64,000 bases of DNA, from the NCBI GenBank assembly GCA_020137815.1, contig CM035354.1:2542001-2606000 (forward strand), written 5' to 3'. Both the position numbers and the translations under genes were made by a program. The notes under the pieces were generated by a model. That model was not told the DNA's origin. It made no database searches and was given only the letters and a program-made list of their open reading frames with translations. The DNA is from Hormiphora californensis (taxonomy: Eukaryota; Animalia; Ctenophora). Below are positions 24,350 through 39,132 of the stretch, one piece after another. How positions within the stretch are numbered: the stretch's first letter is position 1; each line of letters begins with the position of its first letter.

Positions 24350-25316
24350 GCTGCTGTAGGATACCTCACAAGGGGTTTAGTTAGAGAAAGTGGAACTGAA
24401 TAGTAATCTGGGATTTTCTAAATGTGGGGATCGAAACTGACAAGTTTCTGTTAAAAATCAGCGACAAAAGACAAACTACCCAATACAACATTAGCACCAG
24501 CCCCTTCATGGAAACTGACGTTTGGATATTAAGTTACTGGACCTTTCTAAGTGTACATGTAACTTAACGCCGTTCTTATCACCAAGCAACACATATATCA
24601 CCGATAAAACGGGTGCGACTGCTGTTCGGCATGGCGATTGGCGGCAGTGAAAAGCAAAATTGGGATGAGTTTGACGTCATCGATTACGTCATCAATTAAG
24701 TCAATACAAAATGCAGATGATGATTCATGATATATGTGAATATTTCAATCAATACGGGGGAAGCAAAGCTTATCCCGGCCCACGAGTCGTGGCTTGCCAG
24801 TCGCCCTTCCTATGCGACAGAAATTGCAAATAGAGAAATCGTCTCAACCAACGGTTCTTTACGCCAACAAGAATATTTGCACTATGTATCCATAGCGCTG
24901 TATTTCCCCGCCATTGGCATGTGACACTCCTAATTACATCCCATCACCCATGACCTAATGAGATTCTGAAAGGTGAGACAGAACAGTGCAGGTGATGAGC
25001 TGCCTAATTAGGCTCCTTTTCTAGTCTATGTGATCTCCACTCAACTGACCTCATGTAATCAATGACAATACCAGAGCGCAATTGTAATGACGAACACATG
25101 ACGAACGATGAACGTTATGAATAGCAAACAGGAAGGGGCGCGCGGCGCCGGGCTGCGCGTTCTAATGAAAGTACGTCATTTCAGCACGGTAATAACTTTG
25201 CGGGCGTCGCCTTCGTGGAAAATTTGAATTAGAGCGTGTGTGAAGTATTTCAAATGATATTTTGAGCACTCCGCACTGGATGGTTGCTATGGATGGGTTA
25301 CGTCACGGGACAAAAA

Positions 25317-25799
25317 AAGCGTGACACTTCACTAGTATGTAAACTTGTCGAATTCTAAACCCCTATGCCTTTTTTCCCCGCCCGGTGAATGCCGAAGGCA
25401 TTCACCCGGATGCCTTTTGTAAAAAGGCATAGGGGTTTAGAATTCGACAATTTTATTTTACATACTAGTGAAGTGTCACGCTTGTATTGTAACGTAACCC
25501 GCTCAGTTGCGAGGGACAACGATGTTGCTCCTTCATCAAATACTTCAATGGTACGTTTTCAGGAAATGTGAGCCGCGCAATGTGGCGCACAATTTAGTGC
25601 TACTAAAACACAATAATTTGTTCTATACGGTTTGACTGATTCATAGATGATCGGAAATGCCTGTCCCGCCTTCCCATTAGATGGTTATGAAAATAAAGGT
25701 TGGCGGGGAAACATAGCATTATGAAACATAATGCAGTTATTCTTGTTGCAAAAGGCATCCGGGTGAATGCCTTCGGCATTCACCCGGGCGGGGAAAAAA
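25317..25799. repeat. Interlocking inverted-repeat structure between divergent tetraspanin and Ly6 genes
   Basis: 25317-25370 inverts with 25423-25483; enclosed 25371-25420 inverts with 25748-25799; both contain ggtgaatgcc-GAA-ggcattcacc. Confidence 0.85.
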
Positions 25800-26444
25800 T
25801 GTTCATATTAACGTCATGGAATTCCATGGAACTAATTAAAACATGAACTACAACCTTGTTACTCAATGGGATCAATAATGTTAATTCAACAATCAACATG
25901 TTTCCATATTTTCATTTATATTTCAGTTTTTCTCTGTCCCAACTCCCATGTTCTCTTCTCGTCTACCCGACTAGGTGTGTAGACGTGTGTACGAGTACGA
26001 CACTACGACTTACCTAGACACTTAGACAGACATCAGACAGACCACGTACAGTGTACACTGTCTGTCTGTCTGTCTAGGTTTGTCTCTCTGTCTGTACACA
26101 TGGCCTACAGCTCGCCTATTGCACACGATCAGCTCGGTGGTTTGATGACCTGTTACATCCTGAACAAACAATAGAGAGATCATCCCCCGACCCAGCTACC
26201 ACCGTTTCCGGGAATAGTGAATAGGTCTGTTTTTCTTACCCCCCACATTACTTCACCACCTAAATACAACCTGTTAACACACACAAACTTGTGCTTGATA
26301 TCTAGATCCATTTTCATTGTCATCTTAGCTTTACTTCAAAATCTATAAAGTTGTTTTGAACTGAATCACAGTTTGCAGTAACTACCAACTATCCAGTATA
26401 ACCCCTTAAAATTATTAAAACTAAACTCCTCTCCAGCCTCCAGT

Positions 26445-27656
26445 ATGTTGCGTGTCCTGTTTTTGCTTGGTCTGCTAGGTTGCACATTTGCCCTGCAGTG
26501 TTACCAGTGTACTACCAGGGAGGACAATATCGATAGTTGTAATACTGTCATTTGTAATGGTACGTGATACTTGTTTCACCTAGTAACATGTGATAAAACG
26601 TGCAGAAACTTCAAAACTAGCCCGTGGCTGATGATACTAAATATAGACTTTACATAGCATCATCATTTAATAGAGTCTACATTCTACAAGTTGTAGGTAC
26701 AACATAACAGCTCCCCTCCCCTAGGCCCACAACTTACAACGGCAATGCAACTATTTCAATTCCATGCCCTGTTGCAGGTGAGAGAGCGGTGTGTTACAAG
26801 AGGGAGTACACCTTTGAGTCCAATGAGGATGTTCAATACGAAGAGAGGAGCTGTGTCCAGGACAAAAACTACATCGGTAAGTATTGTAAGGGGTAGTCAC
26901 ACACACACCGTAGTGTAGGAAGAGTGTTTAGCAAAGGGTAGTGTAGAGACTCTAGATATAGAGGGAGTGTTTAGTATTCTAAAGTTTTAGGTCTTCTAAA
27001 ATTTTAGTTCAGACCTTCAGTACTGAACTTGAAGTAGTTACGGGCACTCCGAAGAAGTTATGACAAACAAAGCAAATTGGTGCAGAAATATGGGAGCACT
27101 AGCTGAGTACTACTCAGGGTTGTATTACACTGTAATACTATTACAGACCTTTCAACTTTGTAGACTGTAATACTGTAGTACACTTGAAGAGAGACCTGTG
27201 TAATTAGGGGATATCTAACAGTCTTTAGTTATAACATTGCGTTTAATGGGCAAGTGCACAGTTTGAGTTCCGTCACTGTACTCTACATACATGGACTTAC
27301 TACCCTGAACAATGTCCCCGGCACTAGCAAGATTAGAAACTGAGTGGGCAGTGAGCTGGAAGCTCTAAAGTGAGTATATGAAGGATTGTTGGTGAGTGTA
27401 GTAGGCATACGAGAAATTAGGATATATACATTCCATGTCCAAGAGTCCTAAAAGGAATTAGCAAGCAAAATAAAGTATGATATCACACTTTATTTTCAAC
27501 ACCTTTTCAGAGGACATGTGTGACGAGAATGACGAGCAGGAGGAGTTGAAGAAATGTAAAGTTTACACATGTGACGATAACAGGTGTAACTCTGGTGTAA
27601 CCGTTACTGTCACTGTCTCCCTATTGGTTGCCATGGTTGCTGCCAGATTCTTGTAA
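26445..27656 (+). CDS. Ly6/uPAR three-finger protein, signal peptide and GPI-type tail; exons 26445-26559, 26778-26876, 27511-27656
   Basis: Not in ORF track. MLRVLFLLGLLGCTFA-LQCYQC...10 Cys...YTCDDNRCNSG then hydrophobic C-terminus. Confidence 0.88.
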
Positions 27657-28272
27657 ATTCGTGATTTCATAACATATCGTTGAGTGTTTTTGAGGCAGCT
27701 CTAAAATTTTAATGATATTGAAATTTTGAGTAATTATGCTTAAAAAGTCATTGTTCTTGTGGCAGCAAAACAACTAAATTCACATAAAATATACACATGT
27801 CACATAGATGATAATGAATGACATGAAGAACGTCAAAGGTCTTTTTGACAGGAAACGTGATCCCTGACATAAGGTGACACAAACACGAATAATATACTCC
27901 TATAACACACAGTCTTTGACACACACACATACGAACCATGGCAAACTCTCAAGAAGCTGATCGATCGCAGCAACATGGTTTAATTTGATTGCTAGCTGAG
28001 ATCGAGTAGAGAGAGATATTGTCATGACCACATGTCACAAGAGACTGAGACACATGTTTATGACAATTACAGCTTTACAAGTTCCTAAGTCAACAACGTA
28101 TAGACAGAAAACTCTCAATATTTGGGCAATGTTTGGTCACCATGGTCAGGGCCAGGATCAATTCCAAGAACTCTAAGCAGTCTACAATTCAGGTTTGCAA
28201 TCATCATTACAATTCAGAAGAGACTCTGCGAGTGATTCGAGTGAAGAAAAAGCTTGGGTTCCGCTGCGATCA

Positions 28273-29130
28273 TTACCAAGGACACACAGCTGCTGGCTTG
28301 ATTCCAATCTTTTGTCGTTTGTTACACTTGATCCAAGAAAAGTCAGCTCCACAAGCCTTCTCCTCCTGTAGGGGTTAGCGAGCTTTAGAATTGTAGGAGG
28401 CATAGGAGACATAGGAGACATTAGGGATTAGGGATTAGGGAGACATAGGAGACATAAGGGATTGTAACGAATGAAAAGCGGCTCTAGCTTATTATTGATG
28501 TGGCGTTTGCCAGATCTGAGCGCACTGTCAACACCGGGTCTGGCATGGCAGAGAATGTGGCTGATTACATGGCGATTTACCTGTAGGGTGTACCAGGGAC
28601 AGAGGTTATTGTGGGCCACAACATGAGCTGCCCTCCTGCTATCCTTGGGAGGGCGCTCTATCACAAATCTGGGTACCTCACTTTTTAACTGAAAGAAAGG
28701 GGTAGCATTACAAATATGCAGTTAGCAAATATGTATACGCTACCGTAAATCAAATGGTAATTGGTCTAGTGAAACAGCGGCCTACACGATCAAAATACTG
28801 GGAGAGATCCCCTGACCCAAAGCAGACCTTTCTACATTCTACAGCGGTCAGCAGTACTATTAGTACATGGCTAGTAGTGCTAGTAGTGCTACTACTAACT
28901 ACCATGAGGGTTGGCTCCATTGCAACCTATTCTCGATCTCACTCAGGCATCAATGTGGCCAACCATGAGGGGACTGGGAGGGGACATGATGCCATTTGGT
29001 GACATTTGGTGTCAAATGGTTACACGTCACATACCCTGCAGCAGAGAGAGTTGCTGATCCACACGTGATTGAAATCCTTCTTACAGGTGGGACACTTTGG
29101 TATGGTGTTGTGGGTACTAGCTGTCGGCAT
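28273..29130 (-). CDS. Putative small 4-exon Cys-containing protein of unknown family
   Basis: MPTASTHNTIPKCPTCKKDF...LCCR|gt, ...HNNLCPWYTLQ|EEKACG...VCPW-stop with canonical sites; exon 2 phase does not resolve cleanly. Confidence 0.3.
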
Positions 29131-29509
29131 ATTTGCAGTGCAGAGAAGCTTTTGTACAAACTACAGAAACACGCGGTCGGTGGAGTTCGTACAGAGGTCA
29201 GAGAGAGACGTGGTATAGATCAAAGACGCGGTACAGATTGTGGCTGGAGCAGCAGAAGATTGTGGCCGGTGCAAAAGAGAGGAAGCTAGACTACAGCTGC
29301 TGCTGGTCCTTCAACGATGCACTAAATCAGGTCACGTGATGTGAGCTACCAATAGGGGGATAGTTCACACAGAGAAATGGGAGACCCCCTGGGGTGTCTG
29401 ATAGCTGCGGGGGAAGCAATCTTTTTAACACGATTTCCCCATGCACTGTTTGTTATATGCTGTGCATTTCAGAGAGGAGAGAGAGAGGCAGCTGGGAGGG
29501 GGAGAAAGA

Positions 29510-29850
<341 letters not shown>

Positions 29851-31179
29851 ACTTGCAGAATCGTGGGGACGAATTTTGAATTTTTTTTAGTTTTTTCTTG
29901 GTGGAAAGCAAATTTTGGTTGTAATCGACTAATTTTGGCCTGCGGAACACGATCCCGTTCATGAAAAAGCTCTCAAAATTTAAGAACATGTCCAAAATGA
30001 ATATTTTTAGGTCAAAAATGAACTTTAGCATCATTTAATGATGCATATCAATTCCTGTCAGTTTCGAGGTGCTGAACACGATCATAAAAAGTTGAAATCA
30101 AGAACATGTCAAAAACTGGTGAAAACCACACATATTTCCCTGTTTTTACCATTTTTCGGTTAAAAACTACACCTTTTAAATCGCGATGCCAACGTAACTG
30201 ACAAACACTATCTCGATTTTGTCTTGCTGATGTGATAGAGAATTGTCCATAGTTTCACATTAGCTAGATACTGAATGGCCTTGTCGAATCACTTGGTCAC
30301 TAAAACAAATGTAAAAATACCCTGGGGCACGCCGTGCCCCCCCCCCCCCCCCCGATGAGCATTGCTATTCGATTGTTGGATATGAATAATTTAGCAATAG
30401 CAGTCACAGAGTTAATAATTATTGCCACGAGCAGTCAGACGGACAGATAGACAGGCAGACGGAAAGACAGACATAAAGACAGACATGACAGACAGACAGA
30501 TAGGCAGATCTCTCCCTCTCTATCCATCTAACTGTTCTTTGCCTCAGCTCGATATAACCATTATGAAAAACAAAGCCATTAGCTTTGGCACGCCGATGCT
30601 TGAGTAAGACTCTTACTCAGTAAGAGACACATAAAAGAATGGAGAGATAATCCAAGGCAAAGAATTATTAAAGCATTCCTTAAGCACCGACACGTCAGAG
30701 ATGGCTAGTCACGGAGTGAGAGATATGGAGAGACTATAGAGAAAAAAGAGAGATAAAGATAAAGGGAGAGGTCAACTCAAGCTCAACGATCGAGCATTAT
30801 TAAATTTATATCATACAACTTGGACAACTTTATATTTTCCCTGCCCAGATGATCGTTTTAGCACGTGTGCTCTGATTTTTAGACTAGTATGGGAGTTGGT
30901 AGCTAATATCGCTTTCTTCCCGGTGCATAATACTGATCCTTGTCAAGAGCCGTTCTTTTTTCTTCTAAATGCAATTTAATTTAATTAAAGAGAAACAACG
31001 ATTTTGCAGTACTAATATTCAATTAAGAACAGGAGCTTTGTCAGACGTCTTCAGCTATAACAACAATGAAAAATGAAAGTGTTTATGTAGTGGAGAAGAG
31101 GATATGGGATCCGGGGAGGGGAGGGGAGAGGAAGGGATGAGATCCGAGAAGGAAGATGCGATCCGAGAGGAGGGGGATT

Positions 31180-31743
31180 AGGTGTCCGCTCCGCCCCCTA
31201 AAAAAGGGTCGTGTCTTTCAAGCCAAATTGCACGTGATCCACCGGACCGATTTGCATCCGGTTTGTCGCAAAAGACTACAAATTGATCCTAATATACTGG
31301 AAAATACCCGAGAAGTTTGTCTGTCAACAGGAAGTGGGTCAAAATTGACACTGAAGTCAAATCTATATTCTGGCTTCCGAGAGTTTCTGCACTACGCCCA
31401 TGCGATTTAGAAGATATTGGGAGATATGTTGATGCAATTAGCATCAGCTATTAATGCCGGGTATTTTCCAGTACTCACAAGAGTTCAACCTATCTTCTGA
31501 TACCCTCAGATTTATTCTAAACCGTCTGGGAGTGGTGCAAAAAGGCTCGGAAGCCAGATTATAGATTTGACTTCAGTGTCAATTTTGACCCACTTCCTGT
31601 TGACAGACAAACTTCTCGGGTATTTTCCAATATATTAGGATCATTTGTAGTCTTTTGCGACAAACCGGATGCAAATCGGTCCAGTGGATCGCGTGCAACA
31701 TCCCTTGAAAGAAACGACCCTTTTTGGGGCGGAGCAGACACCT
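31180..31743. mobile_element. Foldback element with ~200-bp inverted arms
   Basis: 31180-31380 is the near reverse complement of 31547-31743; no TSD seen. Confidence 0.85.
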
Positions 31744-32367
31744 GTGTGTGAGCTCAATCTTGGTCGCGCACGGTGTCTATGTCACCAAGAGGGGGATAGG
31801 GGAGGTGATCCACGGGAAGGGAGAAGAGGTGATCCGAGCTGAAGAGAATTAGGAAACAGGTTTGGGATATCTAGGTTTGATGGAGATGCCAGCAGGTCGG
31901 GGTTTGAAGGAGTTGGCAATCCTGGGGAGAAGGTGAGTCCATTGGAGGTTGACAGTAGGAACTTTATCTGTTCGGTTAATCGCCGGTTCTATAAATGCAG
32001 CATACAAACGAGAGTGTGTGTGAGAGAAAGAGAGTGAGAGAGAGGGAGTTTTGGACATCAGTAATATCATGCAGTTGAATATTTTACCAAAACATGAGTT
32101 GACTTCAACGCTAAAGCAAATAGGGAAATGATGTGTGACGTTAAGTTAAACCGAACCGATGATCAGTCTCAGTTGTAAGTTCTTTTTCCACTTTGATCAT
32201 CATCATCTAACGTTCTAAAACTCGCAGCGATCCCGCCTGAGCTCCTTTTACGGTACCGTAACTTAAGATAGGATGGTGTCAACAATTCGAGATTGGTGAC
32301 ATTCGCGAGACTGTAATTGTCCAAAAGATGTCAGTTTTCCTAATTCAGCTACCATTTCCCTGAAATT

Positions 32368-32394
32368 CGCCCGTAGGGCGAACGGGTTTACTAG
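32368..32394 (+). mobile_element. Helitron-like 3' terminus
   Basis: Hairpin cccgt-agggcga-acggg followed by CTAG and host T; 5' end not located. Confidence 0.5.
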
Positions 32395-33858
32395 TAGTGT
32401 GGAATTTGTATTGTTCATACTATTATGCGCGGGGGAGGTGCAACAGCACAATGTGGAATAGTCGTTAGTAGAGACATGCCCAGAGGCATTTATGGGAGAA
32501 AAACAGCCGTTGTAGTAGTATCTATGGGTCTAAGTCCTAAGAGTCCCCTTATTAATATCTGTCTCGGCCGGGCAATATTATTATAGCAGGGTCTAAGAGG
32601 TACCTATCTATAAAGATCTGAGTGATATCTAGCAGGGTCTAAGGAGTGTCTAGAACTATAATATGGGTATCTAGGATGCTCGGAGGGGTATCTAGAAGGG
32701 GCATCTTATGGGGTCTGAAGGGTACTTAGTAGAATCTCAGGGGCATCTTGTAGACTCTGAGGGGTATCTGGTGGGGTCTGAGTGGTTCCTAGTAGAGTTT
32801 TAGAGGTTTCTAGCTACATCTGAAAGGTATCTAGTAGGGCATGAGGGGTATCAAGCAGGGCCTCAGGATCATTCACAGGTCTGATCTAAGCCACATAACA
32901 TGTTCGGTCATAGTATGACCTTTTTAAGCTATATAATAGCTGAAACACGGATATGCATACATCTAATTATCTAATTATCTAATTAACCAAATGAGATAGG
33001 AACTTTTCATGGGTGTCTAGTAGACAGTGTAGACTAGTACTGTCTACCCCCTCATTACATACTTTAGTATCCTGATTTTAATCTCTACTCTAATTCTAAA
33101 ATTATTTCCAATATTAGGCTCTGCCTGAAGTTACAGGTGGCACACACACGCGGAAATGACCATGTTGCCCCTCAACCCGCAAGTAAAAAAGCTCAGAGGT
33201 GTTCCAGAAGACCCTTAGGGACACGTTGGTGAAGGAATTTTGATGTTCCAAATTGTTTCCCCAGTCAGGGCGAAAATTGACATTCTTGTTCTAACATAAA
33301 AAAGCTTAACTTATAGCCAATTAGGGCCAATTAGGGCCAATTACGCACCAATTTGGCAGAGCTGAGTCACTAATATCTCTCCCTATAACCCTTCCCATTA
33401 TTAGTCTGCCCCACTAATGGGATCTCCCGCACCCTCAAACCTCACGGCCATCATTAGCTGTGCTGGTATCACTAAGTGATTGGCCCTGTGCGTAGGGTCC
33501 CCAACAAGGGTTCACGCCCATGGCAACCGCTCTCCCCTCCCCTGGACGTCATTTTTTAATTTAACTTCTTTAATTGAGTTCTAATAAAATTACACAGCGT
33601 TCTAGACATCACAATTAGGTATATTAGGTATATTTCTAAGGAAAAAAGACGGAAATGTAACACCCTACCATTGAGCAGTAGGGTATCACATTTCCGTCTT
33701 ATTTATGTCGTTCATCTCATTCTCGCAAAAATATATTTTTGGCGCAAATTAATTAATAATTAAGTTGTAACATACTAGCAGAAATTAACTCCGCACAGTT
33801 CAAGCTAACAGTTTTATACTTAACACCCTCAACTATTAAGTGATATGTGAGTGTTGAA

Positions 33859-35476
33859 ATGAAACGTCTCCTTCTCTTCACAGCTGCATTGTGTGGAACA
33901 GTTGTTCTCACTGCAGGTTTGTTAAACAATATAAAATATTTGATGCTTTATAGCTATAGTTCATAAAACGTGTTCTTTTGTTTTTAGCACACAGGCTCGT
34001 TCAATAAAATACAATGCGTTATACCCTTCAGACTGGACAGCTGTAGAGCGGGATGATGTGAAGATACCCTGGGACCTGGAGGTAACATCTCTCCAGATAA
34101 AGACAGACTCTACACTGGGTAGTGGTGAGGTGATCATGGTGTTGATGTACGACAAGGACAGCAACTATATCGGTAATGTGGTTGTGAAGTTCTCCTCCCC
34201 AATGCAGTATTTTATAGGCTGGTGCAACTACTACACAGACCTGCCAGTGCAGCCTCCGGTGGGGGTGGAAAAGATCTGGACGTTTACCAAAACAAAGACC
34301 GCGTTCATCATCACATGCAACAATGTGGAGGTGCTGAACTACCTGTTCACAGATAGTTCAGAGAGCAGCTGTGTTACACAGTTGGGTGGTGATGTGGAGC
34401 AGATCAAGTTTACCAGCATTTCTGACACAGCATCAGACTACTATAACAGAGCAGGTAATGGTAATACCACGTTTAATAGTACTGTACAGAATGGGGCGAT
34501 CAGTGTTACATCATACAAGCTGATTCAACAATGAACTGCAACGTACCAATGATCAGCTTTCCATTACATGTCACCTGTAAATTGTAATCAACTTACATGT
34601 CATTAACTATTTCCATTCAGAACCTCATTGTCCTGCATTTACTGTTGAGGGATCAACACAAGGAAGTTGGGCTGCCTCACCAACAGGAACATCTGCCAAC
34701 ATCGTATGTGCTGCCAACCATATCCTAGTAGGAAGCGCAACATTGACATGTCAGCAGGATCTATCATGGTCAAGTGATGTACCGGAGTGTGATAAAATTG
34801 GTAAGTTCATTTAGTAATTAATGCTATTTACATTTCTTGACATATTTTATTTGCCACATAAAACACTTCAACCCCACAAGGCAGGCCACAACTAATTACC
34901 TCAGGGCTACCCTGAGTAATTTCAGTAACTCTGCGAGGGTTTTAAACCGCTTTTTATTAATATTTGTCGCTTACAGTTTGTCCTGATTTTACGATTGCAA
35001 ACAGTAAACTCATCAAATACGAATCGGCGGAGATTGGAAATGTCACGACAGTTTCCTGTGCAGATTTCTTTGAGTTACAGGGTGAGAGTGTTCTTACTTG
35101 TAATGCTGTCTCTAGCACTGATGCCGAGTGGAGCAGTGATGCACCTATTTGTACAAAAGGTAATTTCTATCTAGGCATGCCTGATCTCCTTTATCCCCCA
35201 TTGTGTTCACGTCAAAACGGTTATAACTATCCTAAGATGGATAGAAACTATTCACTTTTTATAATTTATACTACCCAGGTTGCACTGAGTTTTCAATCGC
35301 CAACTCTGGTTCCTGGGGCCCAATCCAAAATGACGGAGATACCCTGACTGTTACCTGTTCCCGGGATGGGGATATTCTAAATCTGGTAGGGGATGATGTC
35401 GTTACCTGCAGTTTCTCAGCGGATACTAAAAAGTACACCACTTCAGATTTGCCTGCTTGTGAATTCAACAATCAAT
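33859..35476 (+). CDS. Secreted protein: signal peptide, ~140-aa unassigned domain, three sushi/CCP repeats; exons 33859-33916, 34032-34454, 34621-34800, 34977-35159, 35279-35476; 3' end not found
   Basis: MKRLLLFTAALCGTVVLTA; phase-1 exons with C...C...L.G...LTC.....WSSD.P.C. Confidence 0.85.
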
Positions 35477-36053
35477 GTAAGTCATGAACATTTTGACAAA
35501 AATGACTAATATCACACAATGACTGATAAAACGACTAGTTTGAAATGACGAGGACATCAGACTCCCAACCCAATGGACACACTATCCCCATGCCACGTAG
35601 CTCACCTACGTCACTAATGTCATATCTCTGAATCATAGTCCATAGAGCATATGCATTATATCACGATAGCAATCCCAGCTACAGACATCATCCCCCATCT
35701 CATTAACTGAAATTAACGAAGATATAACAGAACTTTGTTTTGATCAAACCCGTATGAAGATGTAGGGCATGGAGCAAGGCAACCTTTTACCCGATATACA
35801 TTCTGCTGCTACTGCAGGTAGGAACCGGCGATTTTATTTTTTAAAACGACCAATTCGATCTTGATTCGATCTTTGGTTGACCAAAAAATATCGATTCGAT
35901 TCGATTCGATCTTTGCAAAGCTTTGAGCAATCAAAAACATTTCGATTCAATCTTCACTTGATCTTTGGGCCATCAAAAAAATCGATTCGATCTCGATTCG
36001 ATCTTTGGGCTATCAAAAAATTTCGATTCGATTCGATCCGATCTTGGAAAATA

Positions 36054-36483
36054 GGGCAGGTGAGTAGAACTTCTGATTTTTCACTCTCTCAGTTCTCACT
36101 TCTCACTCACTCTCTATCTCGGTCTCTTTATCGCCTATGGTCTAGTTGGATACGTGACACAAATCACTGTTAGGGCAGGGTAATTCGGTCTCTCATCCGC
36201 CCATGGTTGATTTGGATACATGACACGAATCATTATAATTAGGGGAATGTGATTCGGTCTCTCTACCGCCTATGGTAAAGACCGATACGTGAAACGAAAC
36301 ACTATTAGGGGGGGGGGACGATTCGGTGTATCTACCGCTTTAGTCTAGTTGGATACGTGATCCATTCCAGCCTTTTATTGCAGCCTTTTATTGCAGCCTT
36401 TTTTTGCAGCCTTTTATTGCAGCCTTTTATTGCAGCCTTTTATTGCAGCCTTTTATTGGGAGCGAAGTTCTACTCACCTGCCG
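36054..36483. mobile_element. TA-flanked MITE with internal ~59-bp and 14-bp tandem repeats
   Basis: TIR ggcaggtgagtagaacttc / gaagttctactcacctgcc. Confidence 0.8.
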
Positions 36484-36496
36484 TATGATTTCCCTC

Positions 36497-38534
36497 ACTG
36501 AGCCATTCTCATTGAGTGACTGAGCCATTCTCATTGAGTGACTGAGCCATTCTCATTGAGTGACTGAGCCTTGGGCACGTCGCGCCCCCCATGTTCGCGC
36601 GCCCGTAGGGCGATCCCCTTACATACGGGGCGATCCCCTTACATACGGGGCTTGCCTGCTTCGCAGGCAAGACTGAGCCATTCTCATTGAGTGACTGAGC
36701 CATTCTCATTGAGTGACTGAGTCATTCTCATTGAGTGACTGAGCCATTCTCATTTCTCATTGAGTGACTGAGCCATTCTCATTGAGTGACTGAACCATTC
36801 TCATTGAGTGACTGAGCCATTCTCATTGAGTGACTGAGCCATTCTCATTGAGTGACTAAGCCATTCTCATTGAGTGACTGAGCCATTCTCATTGAGCGAC
36901 TTAGCCATTCTCATTGAGTGACTGAGCCATTCTCATTGAGTGACTGAGCCATTCTCATTGAGTGACTGAGCCATTCTCATTGAGTGACTGAGTCATTCTC
37001 ATTGAGTGACTGAGCCATTCTCATTGAGTGACTGAGCCATTCTCATTGAGAGACTGAGCCATTCTCATTGAGTGACTTAGTCATTCTCATTGAGTGACTG
37101 AGCCATTCTCATTGAGTGACTGAGCCATTCTCATTGAGTGACTGAGCCATTCTCATTGAGTGACTGAGCCATTCTCATTGAGTGACTGAACCATTCTCAT
37201 TGAGTGACTGAGCCATTCTCATTGAGTGACTGAGCCATTCTCATTGAGAGACTGAGCCATTCTCATTGAGTGACTTAGTCATTCTCATTGAGTGACTGAG
37301 CCATTCTCATTGAGTGACTGAGCCATTCTCATTGAGTGACTGAACCATTCTCATTGAGTGACTGAGCCATTCTCATTGAGTGACTGAGCCATTCTCATTT
37401 CTCATTGAGTGACTGAGCCATTCTCATTGAGTGACTAAGCCATTCTCATTGAGTGACTGAGCCATTCTCATTGAGTGACTGAACCATTCTCATTGAGTGA
37501 CTGAGCCATTCTCATTGAGTGACTGAGCCATTCTCATTGAGTGACTAAGCCATTCTCATTGAGTGACTGAGCCATTCTCATTGAGTGACTATTGACTAAG
37601 CCATTCTCATTTCTCATTGAGTGACTGAGCCATTCTCATTGAGTGACTGAGCCATTCTCATTGAGTGACTTAGCCATTCTCATTGAGCGACTTAGCCATT
37701 CTCATTGAGTGACTGAGCCATTCTCATTGAGTGACTGAGCCATTCTCATTGAGTGACTGAGCCATTCTCATTGAGTGACTAAGCCATTCTCATTGAGTGA
37801 CTGAGCCATTCTCATTGAGTGACTATTGACTGAGCCATTCTCATTTCTCATTGAGTGACTGAGCCATTCTCATTGAGTGACTGAGCCATTCTCATTGAGT
37901 GACTTAGCCATTCTCATTGAGCGACTTAGCCATTCTCATTGAGTGACTGAGCCATTCTCATTGAGTGACTGAGCCATTCTCATTGAGTGACTGAGCCATT
38001 CTCATTGAGTGACTGAGCCATTCTCATTGAGTGACTAAGCCATTCTCATTGAGTGACTGAGTCATTCTCATTGAGTGACTGAGTCATTCTCATTGAGTGA
38101 CTGAGCCATTCTCATTGAGTTACTGAGCCATTCTCATTGAGTGACTGAGCCATTCTCATTGAGTGACTGAGCCATTCTCATTGAGTGACTGAGCCATTCT
38201 CATTGAGTGACTGAACCATTCTCATTGAGTGACTGAGCCATTCTCATTGAGTGACTGAGCCATTCTCATTGACTGACTGAGCCATTCTCATTGAGTGACT
38301 GAGCCATTCTCATTGAGTGACTGAACCATTCTCATTGAGTGACTGAGCCATTCTCATTGAGTGACTGAGCCATTCTCATTAAGTGACTGAGCCATTCTCA
38401 TTGAGTGACTGAGCCATTCTCATTTCGCATTGAGTGACTGAACCATTCTCATTGAGTGACTGAGCCATTCTCATTGAGTGACTGAGCCATTCTCATTGAG
38501 TGACTGGGCCATTCTCATTGAGTGACTGAGCCAT
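36497..38534. repeat. 22-bp satellite, roughly 85-90 copies, with a 100-bp hairpin-rich interruption at 36570-36672
   Basis: GAGCCATTCTCATTGAGTGACT. Confidence 0.95.
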
Positions 38535-39132
38535 GCAGTATGCTCTACTACCTCCAATTGCAACAATATCGTCCAATTCTGCCAGCATAAAGTCAATTCA
38601 AGATTTTACCGCGCGATCAGGTTTCGAATGCGAACCGGATGGTTAAATAAGTCTGGCGCCGCAACCCATCTGAGCGCACTGGCGCCGCCATACAGGTAAA
38701 ATAAGAATCTAGAATTGACTTTGTGAGTAGAAAGTAAACTCAAGTAGTTCAATTTTTTGACAAGTTTAAAATACGTCCAAAGAAATAAATATCCATCATA
38801 TCAGCAAACACTGAAAAATTCACACGTCAGCCCACTCAAACTCAAAGTCATTAAACCAAATTGGTAGTTGCCAATCTCGACCCGGCCCTTTTCGCGAGGG
38901 TTAGAACATAACAAATTGGTAGAGAAAGGGAAAGTCCTAAACGCACATCAGCCCGTGTATATTGTTGTTTTACAACAAAGAATACGCTGTCTGGCGCCGC
39001 CGCGACCCCATTTGAGCGCATTTTCAAATCGGAGTCTTGCGCCGCCATACAGAGAATGAGTCTGTTTTACAAATTCAGCACACACACAGCTGCTATCTGA
39101 CACATATATAAAATAAAGAAGAGTCCCATACA

